Assembly (NCBI RefSeq): GCF_006345805.1
Contig: NC_043011.1
Location: 42,048,464 to 42,112,463 of the forward strand
DNA: 64,000 nt
Reading direction: 5' to 3'
Source: Octopus sinensis
Taxonomy: Eukaryota
The position numbers and the translations under genes are program-made. Shown piece after piece: positions 51,923 through 64,000 of the stretch. The notes below the pieces were generated by a model. The model saw nothing but the letters and a program-made list of their open reading frames with translations, was not told where the DNA came from and did not search any database. The number at the start of each line of letters is the position of its first letter. Position 1 is the stretch's first letter.

Positions 51923-53630
51923 ATCACACACATATATGTATATATCAGTGGCATATGAAAAGCTCCTTTCAAGTATTGGGCCTCACAGAGGCAATGATCA
52001 AGACCTTTGGCATTATGTTATGCTTGAGAAGGAGACCCATGAAGCCAAGTAAAATCACAGTCATGGCAGATATTGGTGTCACACAAATGGCATCCATGCC
52101 GGTGGCATATAAAAACACGCATTACACTCTCAGAGTGGTTGGCATCCAGTCATAGAAAACCATGCCAAATCAGACTGGAGTCTAGTGCAGCCTTCCAGCA
52201 TGCCAGACCAGGTCAAACTGTCCAACCAAGCCAGCATGGACAATTGACGTTAGATGATGATGATATCTATACATATATATAGGCAATAGAATACACCCAG
52301 CCCATGATTCATGAAAGGAAGACCATTCAGTCATAAAAGTCACAACAGATACCTTGACATCCATCACAACAAAGATCGGCAATTTTCTGTTACAGTGTGG
52401 ATCAGATTACAACAGGCCTCAGCAAATGATGAGGTGCTGTATTAGAACAGACGCTTTCAATTTATGCCAGCACAGAAAATCATAATGATATATTTGTTCA
52501 CTTTTACATCCATTTTATTTTTTCTTCTATGCTAGCATGGCTTAGTTGAATATATTACGGAGATGTTGTTTTACAGTGTGAAGCCCTTTGTATTGCTAAC
52601 TCTTGCCCTGTTCTTCAGGTTAAGGGTCTCTTACTTTTCAAGTTTTCAAAGGCACAAAGCATGTGGATGATTTGTTTATAGCAGAAGTGGCAACAACAAC
52701 AACACTGCTAGTTGAGAGCAAATGTAAACACAGATGTACATGCACATGTGCACACACACACACACAACACACACACATCACACACATATATGTATATATC
52801 AGTGGCATATGAAAAGCTCCTTTCAAGTATTGGGCCTCACAGAGGCAATGATCAAGACCTTTGGCATTATGTTATGCTTGAGAAGAAGACCCATGAAGCC
52901 AAGTAAAATCACAGTCATGGCAGATATTGGTGTCACACAAATGGCATCCATGCCGGTGGCATATAAAAACACGCATTACACTCTCAGAGTGGTTGGCATC
53001 CAGTCATAGAAAACCATGCCAAATCAGACTGGAGTCTAGTGCAACCTTCCAGCATGCCAGACCAGGTCAAACTGTCCAACCAAGCCAGCATGGACAATTG
53101 ACGTTAGATGATGATGATATCTATACATATATATAGGCAATAGAATACACCCAGCCCATGATTCATGAAAGGAAGACCATTCAGTCATAAAAGTCACAAC
53201 AGATACCTTGACATCCATCACAACAAAGATCGGCAATTTTCTGTTACAGTGTGGATCAGATTACAACAGGCCTCAGCAAATGATGAGGTGCTGTATTAGA
53301 ACAGACGCTTTCAATTTATGCCAGCACAGAAAATCATAATGATATATTTGTTCACTTTTACATCCATTTTATTTTTTCTTCTATGCTAGCATGGCTTAGT
53401 TGAATATATTACGGAGATGTTGTTTTACAGTGTGAAGCCCTTTGTATTGCTAACTCTTGCCCTGTTCTTCAGGTTAAGGGTCTCTTACTTTTCAAGTTTT
53501 CAAAGGCACAAAGCATGTGGATGATTTGTTTATAGCAGAAGTGGCAACAACAACAACACTGCTAGTTGAGAGCAAATGTAAACACAGATGTACATGCACA
53601 TGTGCACACACACACACACAACACACACAC
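51923..53630 (+). repeat. Direct tandem duplication, 2 x 854 bp (51923-52776 and 52777-53630)
   Basis: The units match base for base except for two differences I saw (gaaggagac / gaagaagac; gtgcagcc / gtgcaacc); breakpoints lie in a (CA)n tract. Confidence 0.95.
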
Positions 53631-53955
53631 TAAAAAAAGACATTATTCTAAGCTTCTTTCAGTTTCTTATTTCTTTCTTGCCCACAAGGGGCTAAACATA
53701 GAGGGGATAAACAAGGATAGACAAAGGGATTAAGTTGATTACATCAACCCTAGTGCGTAACTGGTACTTAATTTATCGACCCTGAAAGGATGAAAGGCAA
53801 AGTCGACCTCAGCGGAATTTGAATTCAGAATGTAAAGACAGACAAAATACTGCTAAGCATTTCAACCAGCCTGCTAACGTTTCTGCCAATTCGCCACCTT
53901 CTTTCAGTTTCTGTCTACCAAATTCACTCACAAATCTTTGGTCAGCTCTAGGTCA

Positions 53956-54065
53956 GAAGAGAAGACACTTGTCTATAATTCTATAAAATAATGGGAATAG
54001 TTAAGAAGTAAACTTCTTAACCATTCCCATTATTTTGTAGAATCATAGACAAGTGTCTTCTCTTC
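53956..54065. repeat. Foldback inverted repeat: 54 bp arms, 2 nt loop
   Basis: 53956-54009 is the reverse complement of 54012-54065 with three transition differences. Confidence 0.95.
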
Positions 54066-56086
54066 CAGACAGATGCATCATGTAAAAAAGAAATACCTAA
54101 TTTTGCACTCCAATTTCATTAACTGCTGATAATAATTTCTAAATTACAAAGTCAATCTCTCTCTCTCTCTTCCATCTAAGCTGTTGCTCATTAATTAAAA
54201 GCAATGTTATTATTATTGCTATGAAGTGTTTCTCAAGATAGATTTATGCTCGCACGTGTCTACTCATGGAAGAGAAAAAGCAAGCAGACAAGAATAAAGA
54301 AAGATTACATGCAAGTGTATTATATATGGAGTTGTCAGCAAACACACTGATGTAGAATGAAGCTGTGTATACACTCTGATTTTGGTAATGTTTAATAAAA
54401 TGGTAGAGAAAGCAGAGTCAGAAAAACCATATCTCCAGAGTGAGAACCACCATGTGGTTAGTTGAAGTGCTCAGAATAACAGTCAAATGTCCTTCACATC
54501 ACACTCTGCTGTCTTAAAACAAAAAGAACATTTCATGGGAAACATTGGTGTTAGGGATAGAAACCATGTCAAATCAGACTGGTCAAACCATCCAACCTAT
54601 GCCAGCCCTGGTCAAACCATCCAACCTATGCCAGCATGGACAATGGATGTTAAATGACGATGATGTAATGTTCATAGGGTATGGCCATGGTTGGAATGTC
54701 TTTGATTATAGGATCTGCTGGATGAAGGCTGATAAAAGGCTGAAACCACAATAACTTAGTGCAAGCTTCTAATATTTTACTGTTCAATTTATATCAGTCG
54801 TCTTTACCTTTAGCCTGTTCGGGATCAATAAAAGAAGACCCCCAGTTATATACTGGGTTCAACAAAGTCCCTATAATATACAGGTTCAATAAAAGTCACA
54901 CTAAAAAGAAAATTTTTTTTTGTATGAAGTCTAAAGAAAAAGTGTTGGACAAAATCTGTTATTCCAAAATAATTTCTGTTATTCTAAGAACTATCCATTG
55001 TTTACTGTATTCTAAGATGTACCCAAAGTCAGGACTGTGCCACAACATGGAGTATTTTGACTTCTACAAGTGAGTACTGGCTTTAAGGGTATTGCAAAAG
55101 GCATGGTTGGCGGCCCATAGGGCTTAGAAAAACTGAAGGACTGATGAATTAAGTGTGTGAATTTGAGAGGGGAATATGTTGAATAAAATCATAATTAACT
55201 GATTCTCCTATATTTTCTTTTACCCAAAGCCAGTAACTGTTGAGCACCCCTCATATCATGTTCAGTGACAACATCACTTTTCTGGAGTAAAATTATACAA
55301 TGGTGGGGGAGGTGTGTGTGTGGTGGAGTATCTGACAATGAAGCTGAATTTTGGGGTGTGGCATTGGGAATTCCTGGGTTAATAATTGTTCTAAAAGTAA
55401 GTCAAGTAGAATGGTGTATTTTATCTAAGAATAAAGTGGATCATAATGAAATGGCTATTACAGGGTTTGAACTCCTGAGCCAGCCTGCCTGCCTTAGTAG
55501 TTACTTAACCACTTAACTATGGCTTAAGGAGGTGGAACCTGTTGGCAACCAATGTATAGATAAGACAAAGTGGTGTGATTTGTCTTGTCTAAGAAGACAG
55601 AAACAGCTCTAAAGAAAATAAATGAAAAAAGGGGGAAAGATGGAAAAGCTTTCACCATTATTCATTTTTTGTTTCTTGTTATGGTAGGGGGGAGGGAGGG
55701 TTGATATTTTCTGGTGGAGATATGTGTGGCGGTGGCAGGGTGGGTGGGGATGTGTGTCGTGGTTTGATGGGAGGTTATAATTCTGCTTCACAACAGGGTG
55801 ACTTATCTTGAATGAGAGACTGAAGAAGCCAAGTTCCACTCCATCGCTGTCCATGCATGACATGGCAAGGTGTGGAAGGAAATCAGTAGGGTGTAAACCT
55901 CCATCCCACTACCCTCTCACCTCACTCCTTTCAGATAGGAGGAAATGCATGTGGTTGGGGTCCAGATAAATGCATCCCACCAGGACCCTATACTCTCCAC
56001 CATCCCAACACATCTATATTTCTTCAAAACAAAATTATGGTATTTCATTCTTTGTCCCACTCCCTCTGCTTCACTATTCTCTTTTC

Positions 56087-56145
<59 letters not shown>

Positions 56146-58426
56146 CTCCTTCCTCTTCTTATTCTTATCCTAACTTCAATAACACTGGGGAGGTGGGTAG
56201 ATGAAAAGAAGGTGATAGAGACATGAAGAGGTAGGCTTCATGGTGGTTTGGGAGATGTTGTTTAGCCCAGGGTCATCCTTAACTGAGAAGACTTATGATC
56301 AAAAGATGTTCCAACCAAGTCATCAGTATACAATGTGTCCTTCCTTTTTTTTTCAAGACAGCAAGGTATGATTCATGGGAGATTTGACTGCTATTTCTTG
56401 CAGGTTGAGCAACCATATAAAACTTTCTCACCCTTCCTTGTCTGCCATCTCATCCATTTGGTGGTTGTTGTTGTTGTTGTTGTTGTTTACCCCCAGAGAA
56501 GCCCCAATTGAGCAAACCTATGATTAAGGACATTCCATTCATGACCATCCCATCTTTCTCCTCTGTACTCAGAACTCAGAACCACATCCAATGCCCTTTT
56601 TAATTGTGCTCTGGATGCTATTTCTAGCTATTTGAACAACCATGAAGAGATCCCCTTATTGGTTTGCATTAGTGAAGGGTTGGGAGGAAGGTAAATGAAT
56701 GTGTGGTGGCAGTGATTTGATAGGGTAGGGGTTTATGTAAGTGGGGAGGTGTCCTCAAAATCCCTTCTTACCTATGCAATATTGTACATCGTAGGGTGGT
56801 GAGCTGGCAGAATCATTAGCACACTGGGTGAAATGCTTAGTAATATTTTGTCAGCCACTACATTCTGAGTTCAAATTCCACTGAGGTTGACTTTGCCTTT
56901 CATCCTTTTGGGGTCGATTAAATAAATACAAGTTACACACTGGGGTCAATGTAATTGACTTAATCCCTTTGTCTGTCCTTGTTTGTCCCCTCTATGTTTA
57001 GGCCCCTGTGGGCAATAAAGAAATAAATATTGTACATTGTACTCAGTATGTACTCAGTATTGTCCATTGTGCTCGTGTATGTAAATGTACATAGGTGGAA
57101 ATGGTGTTTATGTACTTTATCATCATCATCGTCGTTTAACGTCCACTTTCCCTGCTGGCATGGGTTGGACAGTTTGACTGAGAACTGGCACGCCAGAAGG
57201 CAGTACCAAGTTCCAATCTGATCTGGCAAAGTTTCTACAGCTGGACGTCCTTCCTATCGCCAACCACTCCAAGAGTGTAGTGGGTGCTTTTTATGTGCCA
57301 CCGGCACAAGGGACAGTCTGGCGATTCTGGCATTGACCACGCTTGAATGGCCCTTTTTACGCCTCAAAGAATTTTTATTCAAACCTACTGATCCCATTGC
57401 TTATCTTATTTTAAAACCTGGTACTTATTCTAGCAGTCTCTTTTGTCAAACTGATAAGTTATGGGGATGTAAACACACCAACAACAATAATGTTAAACAA
57501 TAATGGGGGGAGGAGGACACAAAGAGAGAGAGAGAGAGAGAGAGAGGGGCTTCTTTCAGTTTCTGTGTACCAAATCCACTCACAAGGCTTTAGTAAAAGA
57601 CACTTGCCAAAGGTGCCATGCAGTGGGACTGAACCTGGTACAAGTGTTTCATTTATGTATGGGTAGTTTAAGCAGATTTGTGTATATGCCATGTGGGTGT
57701 GTTTTCCTTTCTTTAGTTTATTTTAGCCATCATGATAATGGCCATACTGGAACACTACATTCTGTGCATGGTTTATGTATGTAGAAGTGGTATATTGGTG
57801 TGTAGATGTATGAAGATGTTTGTGTGTGTGTTCTTTTTATTTGTGGCTGTAAAATTTTATGTATCACATTTATTATATGTTTGTGAGTATACTTTGTGTG
57901 GTGTGGACGTGTATATACCACATAGTTTGTTTGTATGTATGTGTAGTGTGTGTGTGTGTGAGTGTGTACAAGTAGATGACATTAACCTAACATAGGAAGT
58001 GGACATGAAATGAAGCAGGGAGGGGTGTGGCATAAGCCACCAATACACCAGGTACAATATTTATACTTATACATAAACACTGATATATGATAATCTTAGG
58101 GAGTCTCTTTTTATTCTTTACAGCCCTTTATTATTAAACATCTACTTCCTTATTTATGTTTCTTTTTCCACAAGCAATAAATAAAAAAAAAACCAACCTC
58201 TTCCCACTACTTGACAGTTGTTATTGTTGTTGATTAGTTCCAAGTCAGCCCTGATTTTGCAGGCTGACGATCAAAGCCATTCCAGCTTTGATCATCCGGT
58301 CTTTTTCCTTTGTTCAGCGAACCTAGGACTGAATTATCCAACATATCTTCCCTTTTTTAAGACAGCAGGATGTGATCAGAGGGAAATTTGGCTGCTAGTT
58401 CTAGAAAATCAAGAGATCATGTAGAG

Positions 58427-59047
58427 CAGAGGTTCTCAACTGGGGTCTATTTGGCCCTTAGGGGTCCACATAAGATTTTGTTGTTAAAATTTATCTGCAA
58501 TAAACTGGTTACAATACACAAAATATTTTCACAATTTTTTAATGCAATTCCCAATGTCATCATCATCATCATCATCATTTAATGCCCGTTGTCTATCCTG
58601 GCATGGATTGGACAATTTCATTGGACTGACATACTGGCAGGCTGCACTAGACTCCAGTCTGATTTGGCATAGTTTTCTACGGCTGGATGCTCTTCCTAAC
58701 ACCAACCACTCCAAGAGTGTAATGGGTGCTTTTATGTGTCACTGGCTGGGTGCCATTTGCATGACACTGGGGTGCATTTACATGCCACCAACATGGGTAC
58801 CAATTTATGTGACACCGGTATCTGTCACAACTGCGAATTTGCTCAGCTTGATGGGTCTTCTTCTCAAGCATGACATAATGCCAAAGGTCTTGGTCATTGC
58901 CTCTGTGAGGCCCAACGCTCAACAGGAACTCAGCCACTTTGCCTCAAAAAATATAATAGGATTTTTTAAAACATTGAATGTGGGTCCACTCAAGTAAAAT
59001 AGAAATCAAAAGGGCCAATAGGTAAAAGAATTGGTTGAGAACCACTG
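58427..59047. mobile_element. hAT MITE carrying a nested SINE
   Basis: Termini CAGAGGTTCTCAAC and GTTGAGAACCACTG; TSD ATGTAGAG / ACGTAGAG; SINE inserted at about 58555-58925. Confidence 0.85.
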
Positions 59048-60025
59048 ACGTAGAGGGTCTGTCTCATCGGCTCGTCCTTGAAATAGCGTTAAAGTGAGAT
59101 GTTAGTAGGATTTAATTTTAGGAACACGAGGAACCATAAAGTGTTTTTTCCTAACCCAACTTTTCTTTATTTTAAAATTAAGAAAAACCAAAATTTATGC
59201 TGGTTAATTTTAATAAGCACACTGTATGCAATAGAAGAATGAACATTTTTGTTTAATGAAATCACCAAGATTAAACTGAATGGGCGGAGGATGGAGGTGG
59301 GGAATAATTGTGTGAGTAAGCTTATGTAGTAAATTAGTGGTATTCATTCATTGACACACAAATAACTCTCAATGTTTAATGTGGTGGAAACTTAAGATGT
59401 TCTGATTAGCAATTCAACTTCTTTTTGAAACCACACACACACACACATGTGCACGCGAGCACATACATGTGAGTATACAAATCAACTATGTATTTTTGCA
59501 CACATGGACAGACATATACACATGTACATGTATGTATATATATATGTATGTGTATATTCATGTAATTGTCTGAGAGACAGAGGAATTATCCAGCATTTCA
59601 TTAATATCTGTTTGGTTGCATAAACAATTAAGAAATCTGTGAACTGTTTCTAATGTTCATATTCTGAAGCAGCTCATTTTGGCAATCTAAAGAATCTTTC
59701 AGTTCTGTGACTACATTAAAAAAATAGGCAACAGCATTTACTGAGATTCTGGTCACACTACCATCTTCTCAGGGGGTGAAGTTAACAATCTACAGCGACT
59801 TTGCTGGTCACTGTTGTATTTATCTATTCAAAAGTGCAGGTGTGGTTGTGTGCTAAGAAGTTTGTTTCTCAACCACATGGTCCCAGGTTCAGTCCCACTG
59901 CATGGCAACTTGAGCAAGTGTCTTCTACTATAGCCTCAGACTGACCAAAGCCTTGTGAGTGGATTTAGTAGAAAGAAACCTATTGTGTGTGTGTGTGTAT
60001 ATATATATACACACATATGTGTGTG

Positions 60026-60057
<32 letters not shown>

Positions 60058-60172
60058 ACCCATGCTAGCATGGAAAACAGACACTAAATGATGATGATGA
60101 TATATATATATATATATATATAATATATATATATATACTTTATTTAAAGCAGAGTAATATGCTTTATTTAAA

Positions 60173-60203
<31 letters not shown>

Positions 60204-62686
60204 GCTCTGTGTGTATGTGTTTGTCACCCACCACTGATTGACAATCAATGATGGTGTGTTTACATCCTTGTAACTTAGCGGTTCAGCAAAAGAAACCAAT
60301 AGAACAAGTGTTAGACTTCAAACAATAATAAATCCTAGAGTCAATTTGTTAGCCTAGACTCAAACAAGTAAAAGAGAAAAGTTGTCTTGGAACATTTGTT
60401 TCTTCCCCTTTCTTGTTTGGATGTGCATCTAGGTCAAGACATTTTTCTTTATTATGGAACTAATCTTTAACACTCTAGACTCAAACAATTATCTTTAAAC
60501 CATCCACCATGCACACCACTACCACCACCACCACCACCACCATTACAACCATGACATTCACCACTGCCACCATATCCCACCACTACCCATTAGATTAATG
60601 AAAGAGAAATAAAAAGATTTTCCCTTCTCTTTTAGAGTCTAGGTGACTCATACATAGATTGAATTCTTGGCCTCAGCATTCTTTAGCAAAAGATTTTAGT
60701 CTGTCCAAAAAATAATTCCCCAAAGTAACCTGTACCATTTCCATATAATTAATCCAATGGTTTAGCACATGATGCCCAGAGTGATATTTGAAACCTGTGG
60801 TTTCATCCTAATGAAATGCTGAGCTATTTCACTCGTCACATGGCAATATTCTTGTTTTTTGACTGATTTCTTAAAAATCACAAAACACAAAATAAGATTT
60901 CAAATTGTGCTTTTAAATATTTCGTTCATTCATTCATTTCATTCATTCATTATCATTATCATTTCATTCATTCGTTCATTCATTCTTTACTTTTTCTTTC
61001 ATGGGACTGAGTGTGTATCTTTTATACTTGTATTGGTTTATGTAATTGGACAGTGGCCATGCTGGAGCACCACTTTTAAGGGTTTCTATTTTAATTGATC
61101 ATATCAACCACTGTGCTTACTAAAGCCTGGTACTCACTTTATCGATCTCTATTTTACTTGGATTGCTAAGTTACACTATTTAACACAGCACCAGTTTTTA
61201 CATGACTGAAGATAAACACTGACATTGACATACATGTGGTGGTGGATCTCCATTGTTTGATGACAGTGAAGATTCAGTTGTTCAATCAGATCAATAGATA
61301 GATAGATAGATAGAAATATTTAATATGTGTGTCTGTGTCTGTCTTTGTTCCCCATCACTGCTTGACAACTGGTATTGGTGTGTTTACATCTCTGTGACTT
61401 AGCAGTTTGGCAAAAAGACCGATAGAATAAGTACCAGACTTTCAAAAATAAGTCCTGGAGTCAATTCATTTGACTCAAATGAATTGACTTCAAGGTGGTG
61501 CCCCAGCATGGCCACAGTCTAATGACCAAAACAAGTAAAAGATAACAGATACACACGTACACACACACACTCTCTCACTTAGTGTGTCTCTCTCTTTCTA
61601 TGTATTCACAGTGAAAGTACATGACTTGATGGTTAAGAGCATTCAGCTCCCAAGGGTAAGGACATGAGTTCAATTCCTGCCAACATATTGTGTCCTTGAG
61701 CAAGACACTTTATTTCATGCTGCCCCAGTTCACTCAGCTGGCAAAAATGAGTTGTACCTGTAATTCACGAGGGCCAGCCTTGTCACATTTTGTGTCACAC
61801 TGAATCTCTCTGAAGAACTACGTTACGGGTACACGTGTCCGTGGAGTGCTCAGCCACTTGCACATTAATTTCATGAGCGAGTTGTTCCATTGATTGGATC
61901 AACTGGAACCCTTGTCATGACCGATGGAATGCCAGTTATATGGATACACATGCACTTACATTCCTATATATTTGGATTTGCAGTTGTTAGAGCTAATGTG
62001 TATGTGTGTGTGTGTGTGTGTGTGTTTGTATTTTCTTCACGTTTATGTGCAGGTTGTAAACAGTGACCTTGCTGATGGCATCATTTACCTGCCGTCCACC
62101 AGAAGAACTTGTCCAAGCTGTTTGTTGTTCGGTAGAACTGGGAGATTATTATCACATCTGGAAACAGACAGGGGTTGGCACCAAGAAAGGCTTCTTACCA
62201 TGGCAAACTCTATCCCTATGTAATCTCATCTGACTGATGCAAACATGGAAACGTAGATGTTGAAACAATGATGGTGGTGGTGGTGGTGATGATGATGATG
62301 ATGATGTTATGAGAAACTGAGAACAGAGTCTAAAATTAAAACAGTTTTCATATAATTTTAAAATTTCATGTGAGGAATTGTTCAGACTTTTTCAGAAATT
62401 TAATCACAATGACATGCTTAATTTTCCCCATATCTGGACTTGTAATTAATTTAAGAATTAAAAAAAAAAACCCTCATACACTAAACATACAACATTCCAC
62501 CGCCACCTCCGCTTGCCATCTGATTTTCATTCATTCATTTAATGCTAAAAAAAAAAAAAGGTCCTACTGTCTGCAGGTTTTAACCAAACTGTTTGAAATA
62601 CGATACCTCATACGACACAAGTAGTTTTATATTCAAATACTTCTGAATAACTTGAAGGTTATTAAATGGAGATTTTATTTGTGTAT

Positions 62687-62726
<40 letters not shown>

Positions 62727-64000
62727 GGGAATTATCTGACTGGAAAAAATAAAGCAGCAGCAACAAAATAAAAGAGTCTATCAATTTTAACCAATAATCT
62801 GTCAGTCACCATGAAAATAAGATAAGTTTTTGGTGACAGAAAATATACATAATATACCCATTCGCTCATAGTCACTTCCTAACTTCCTAAAAGACAGGAC
62901 TTTCTCTTTCTCTCTTACCCTATCTTCCTCCTTCCCCCTCTCTCTTTCTTCTTCTCTCCCTCCCTCTGTGTGTGTGTAATCTTCTTCCGATCTAAATTCC
63001 AGAAACCCAATATGAGAAAATTTTATCAGATGTCTGGCTTTACAGCAGCTAAACACTTTAATACGCCATGCACCTAATATTATTATAACTGTTGTTATTG
63101 TTTTTGTTATTATTGACATCATCAACTCCATCACTACAACCACTATCATCATCATCATCATCATTCATGTGAATATATTTCCGCCTCCAATGTCATACTA
63201 TGCTGGAAGTGATGGCCAGGAAAGGAAGGGGTTGTTTGTCAACTCCAGTTTTCAGTTTTCTTGTTTTATGGGAAATTGGTTGAGGTGCCTGCTATCACTG
63301 TTTAACCCCAGGTTGGCTGTGACAGAGTACATCTTCGATTGAAGGCATTCTTGTCTTCTCTAGAGTATTTCCAATCTAAGAATACATTATCCCATGTCTT
63401 TCTGTTTTCAAGAAAGCAGGGAGTAATTTGAGGTTTGATTTGGTAGCTGTGTCTAGCAGATCGAGTTTCAGCACATAGACTTGTTTGGTGAACTACAGCT
63501 GGCCTTCTTAACAGAGTGTAGTTTAACAAATTAAATATATAGGACCTCTATGTTAATTGTATCAACACAGATACTTAGAAAGAAGATGTGCAACCAATAT
63601 ATTACTGGTATTTTATTGACATACAGATAAAATTTAAAAAAACAATCCTGATCTAATGAACTTTTAACCTAAAACATAAAGGAATGCAGCTAAATACTCT
63701 AGCAATGGTATTACTTCAATGCCATATACACTCCTCAATGCTTTACACCATCCTCATGTGTGTTTACATCTATTAAAATAGGATTTAAAGGAAGCAATTT
63801 AAACCAGCCGTGTCTCTTTTATGTTCAAACTGGCCAGATCTTGTCTCTCACACCCACCTTACAATGTCATTCTAAAAATAAACAATCTCATCATCAAAAT
63901 CTCAAAGCTATGAAATAATAGAGGTAATCCTCTATTATTTCATAGCTTTGATATTTTAATGATTCAGAGCAATGTGAATAAATAAGGATTACACTTGACA

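Noticed and set aside
60690-60750. Minus-strand LYGNGTGYFG as a possible first FG-GAP exon
   Set aside because: In-frame stops on both sides, no splice sites and no SV after FG.
62802-63529. ORFs of 120 aa and 75 aa on the minus strand
   Set aside because: Built from (GAT)n/(GA)n tracts and a decayed interspersed repeat; no motif or splice support.

Overview
AT-rich, microsatellite- and transposon-dense animal genomic DNA. The SINE sequences and repeat landscape look like an Octopus genome (inference from recalled repeat sequences, no search run). The window is mostly intron. It carries one protein-coding gene that the ORF track largely misses: an integrin alpha subunit on the minus strand. 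Six GT-AG exons (29471-29577, 22441-22529, 19915-20097, 18758-18806, 14935-15039, 2367-2455), plus a probable seventh (807-862), splice in frame into the N-terminal FG-GAP beta-propeller (xLIVGAPK...WIGGTM...ICAHRY...AQLGTS...LLFGTPG...GYSITSG...VVGAPG). I could not find the signal-peptide exon in the 34 kb upstream. The rest is SINEs of several families, MITEs (mariner, hAT, piggyBac-like, pogo/Tigger-like) and decayed Gypsy, Helitron, RTE, CR1, R4/Dong and Tc1 fragments. The most unusual items are a ~385 bp GC-rich 28S rDNA D2 fragment inserted inside a SINE (49259-49642), three near-perfect hairpins (15579-16099, 46501-46560, 53956-54065) and several local duplications, including a near-identical 854 bp tandem repeat. 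Nearly all listed ORFs are spurious. I found no clearly new biological system.
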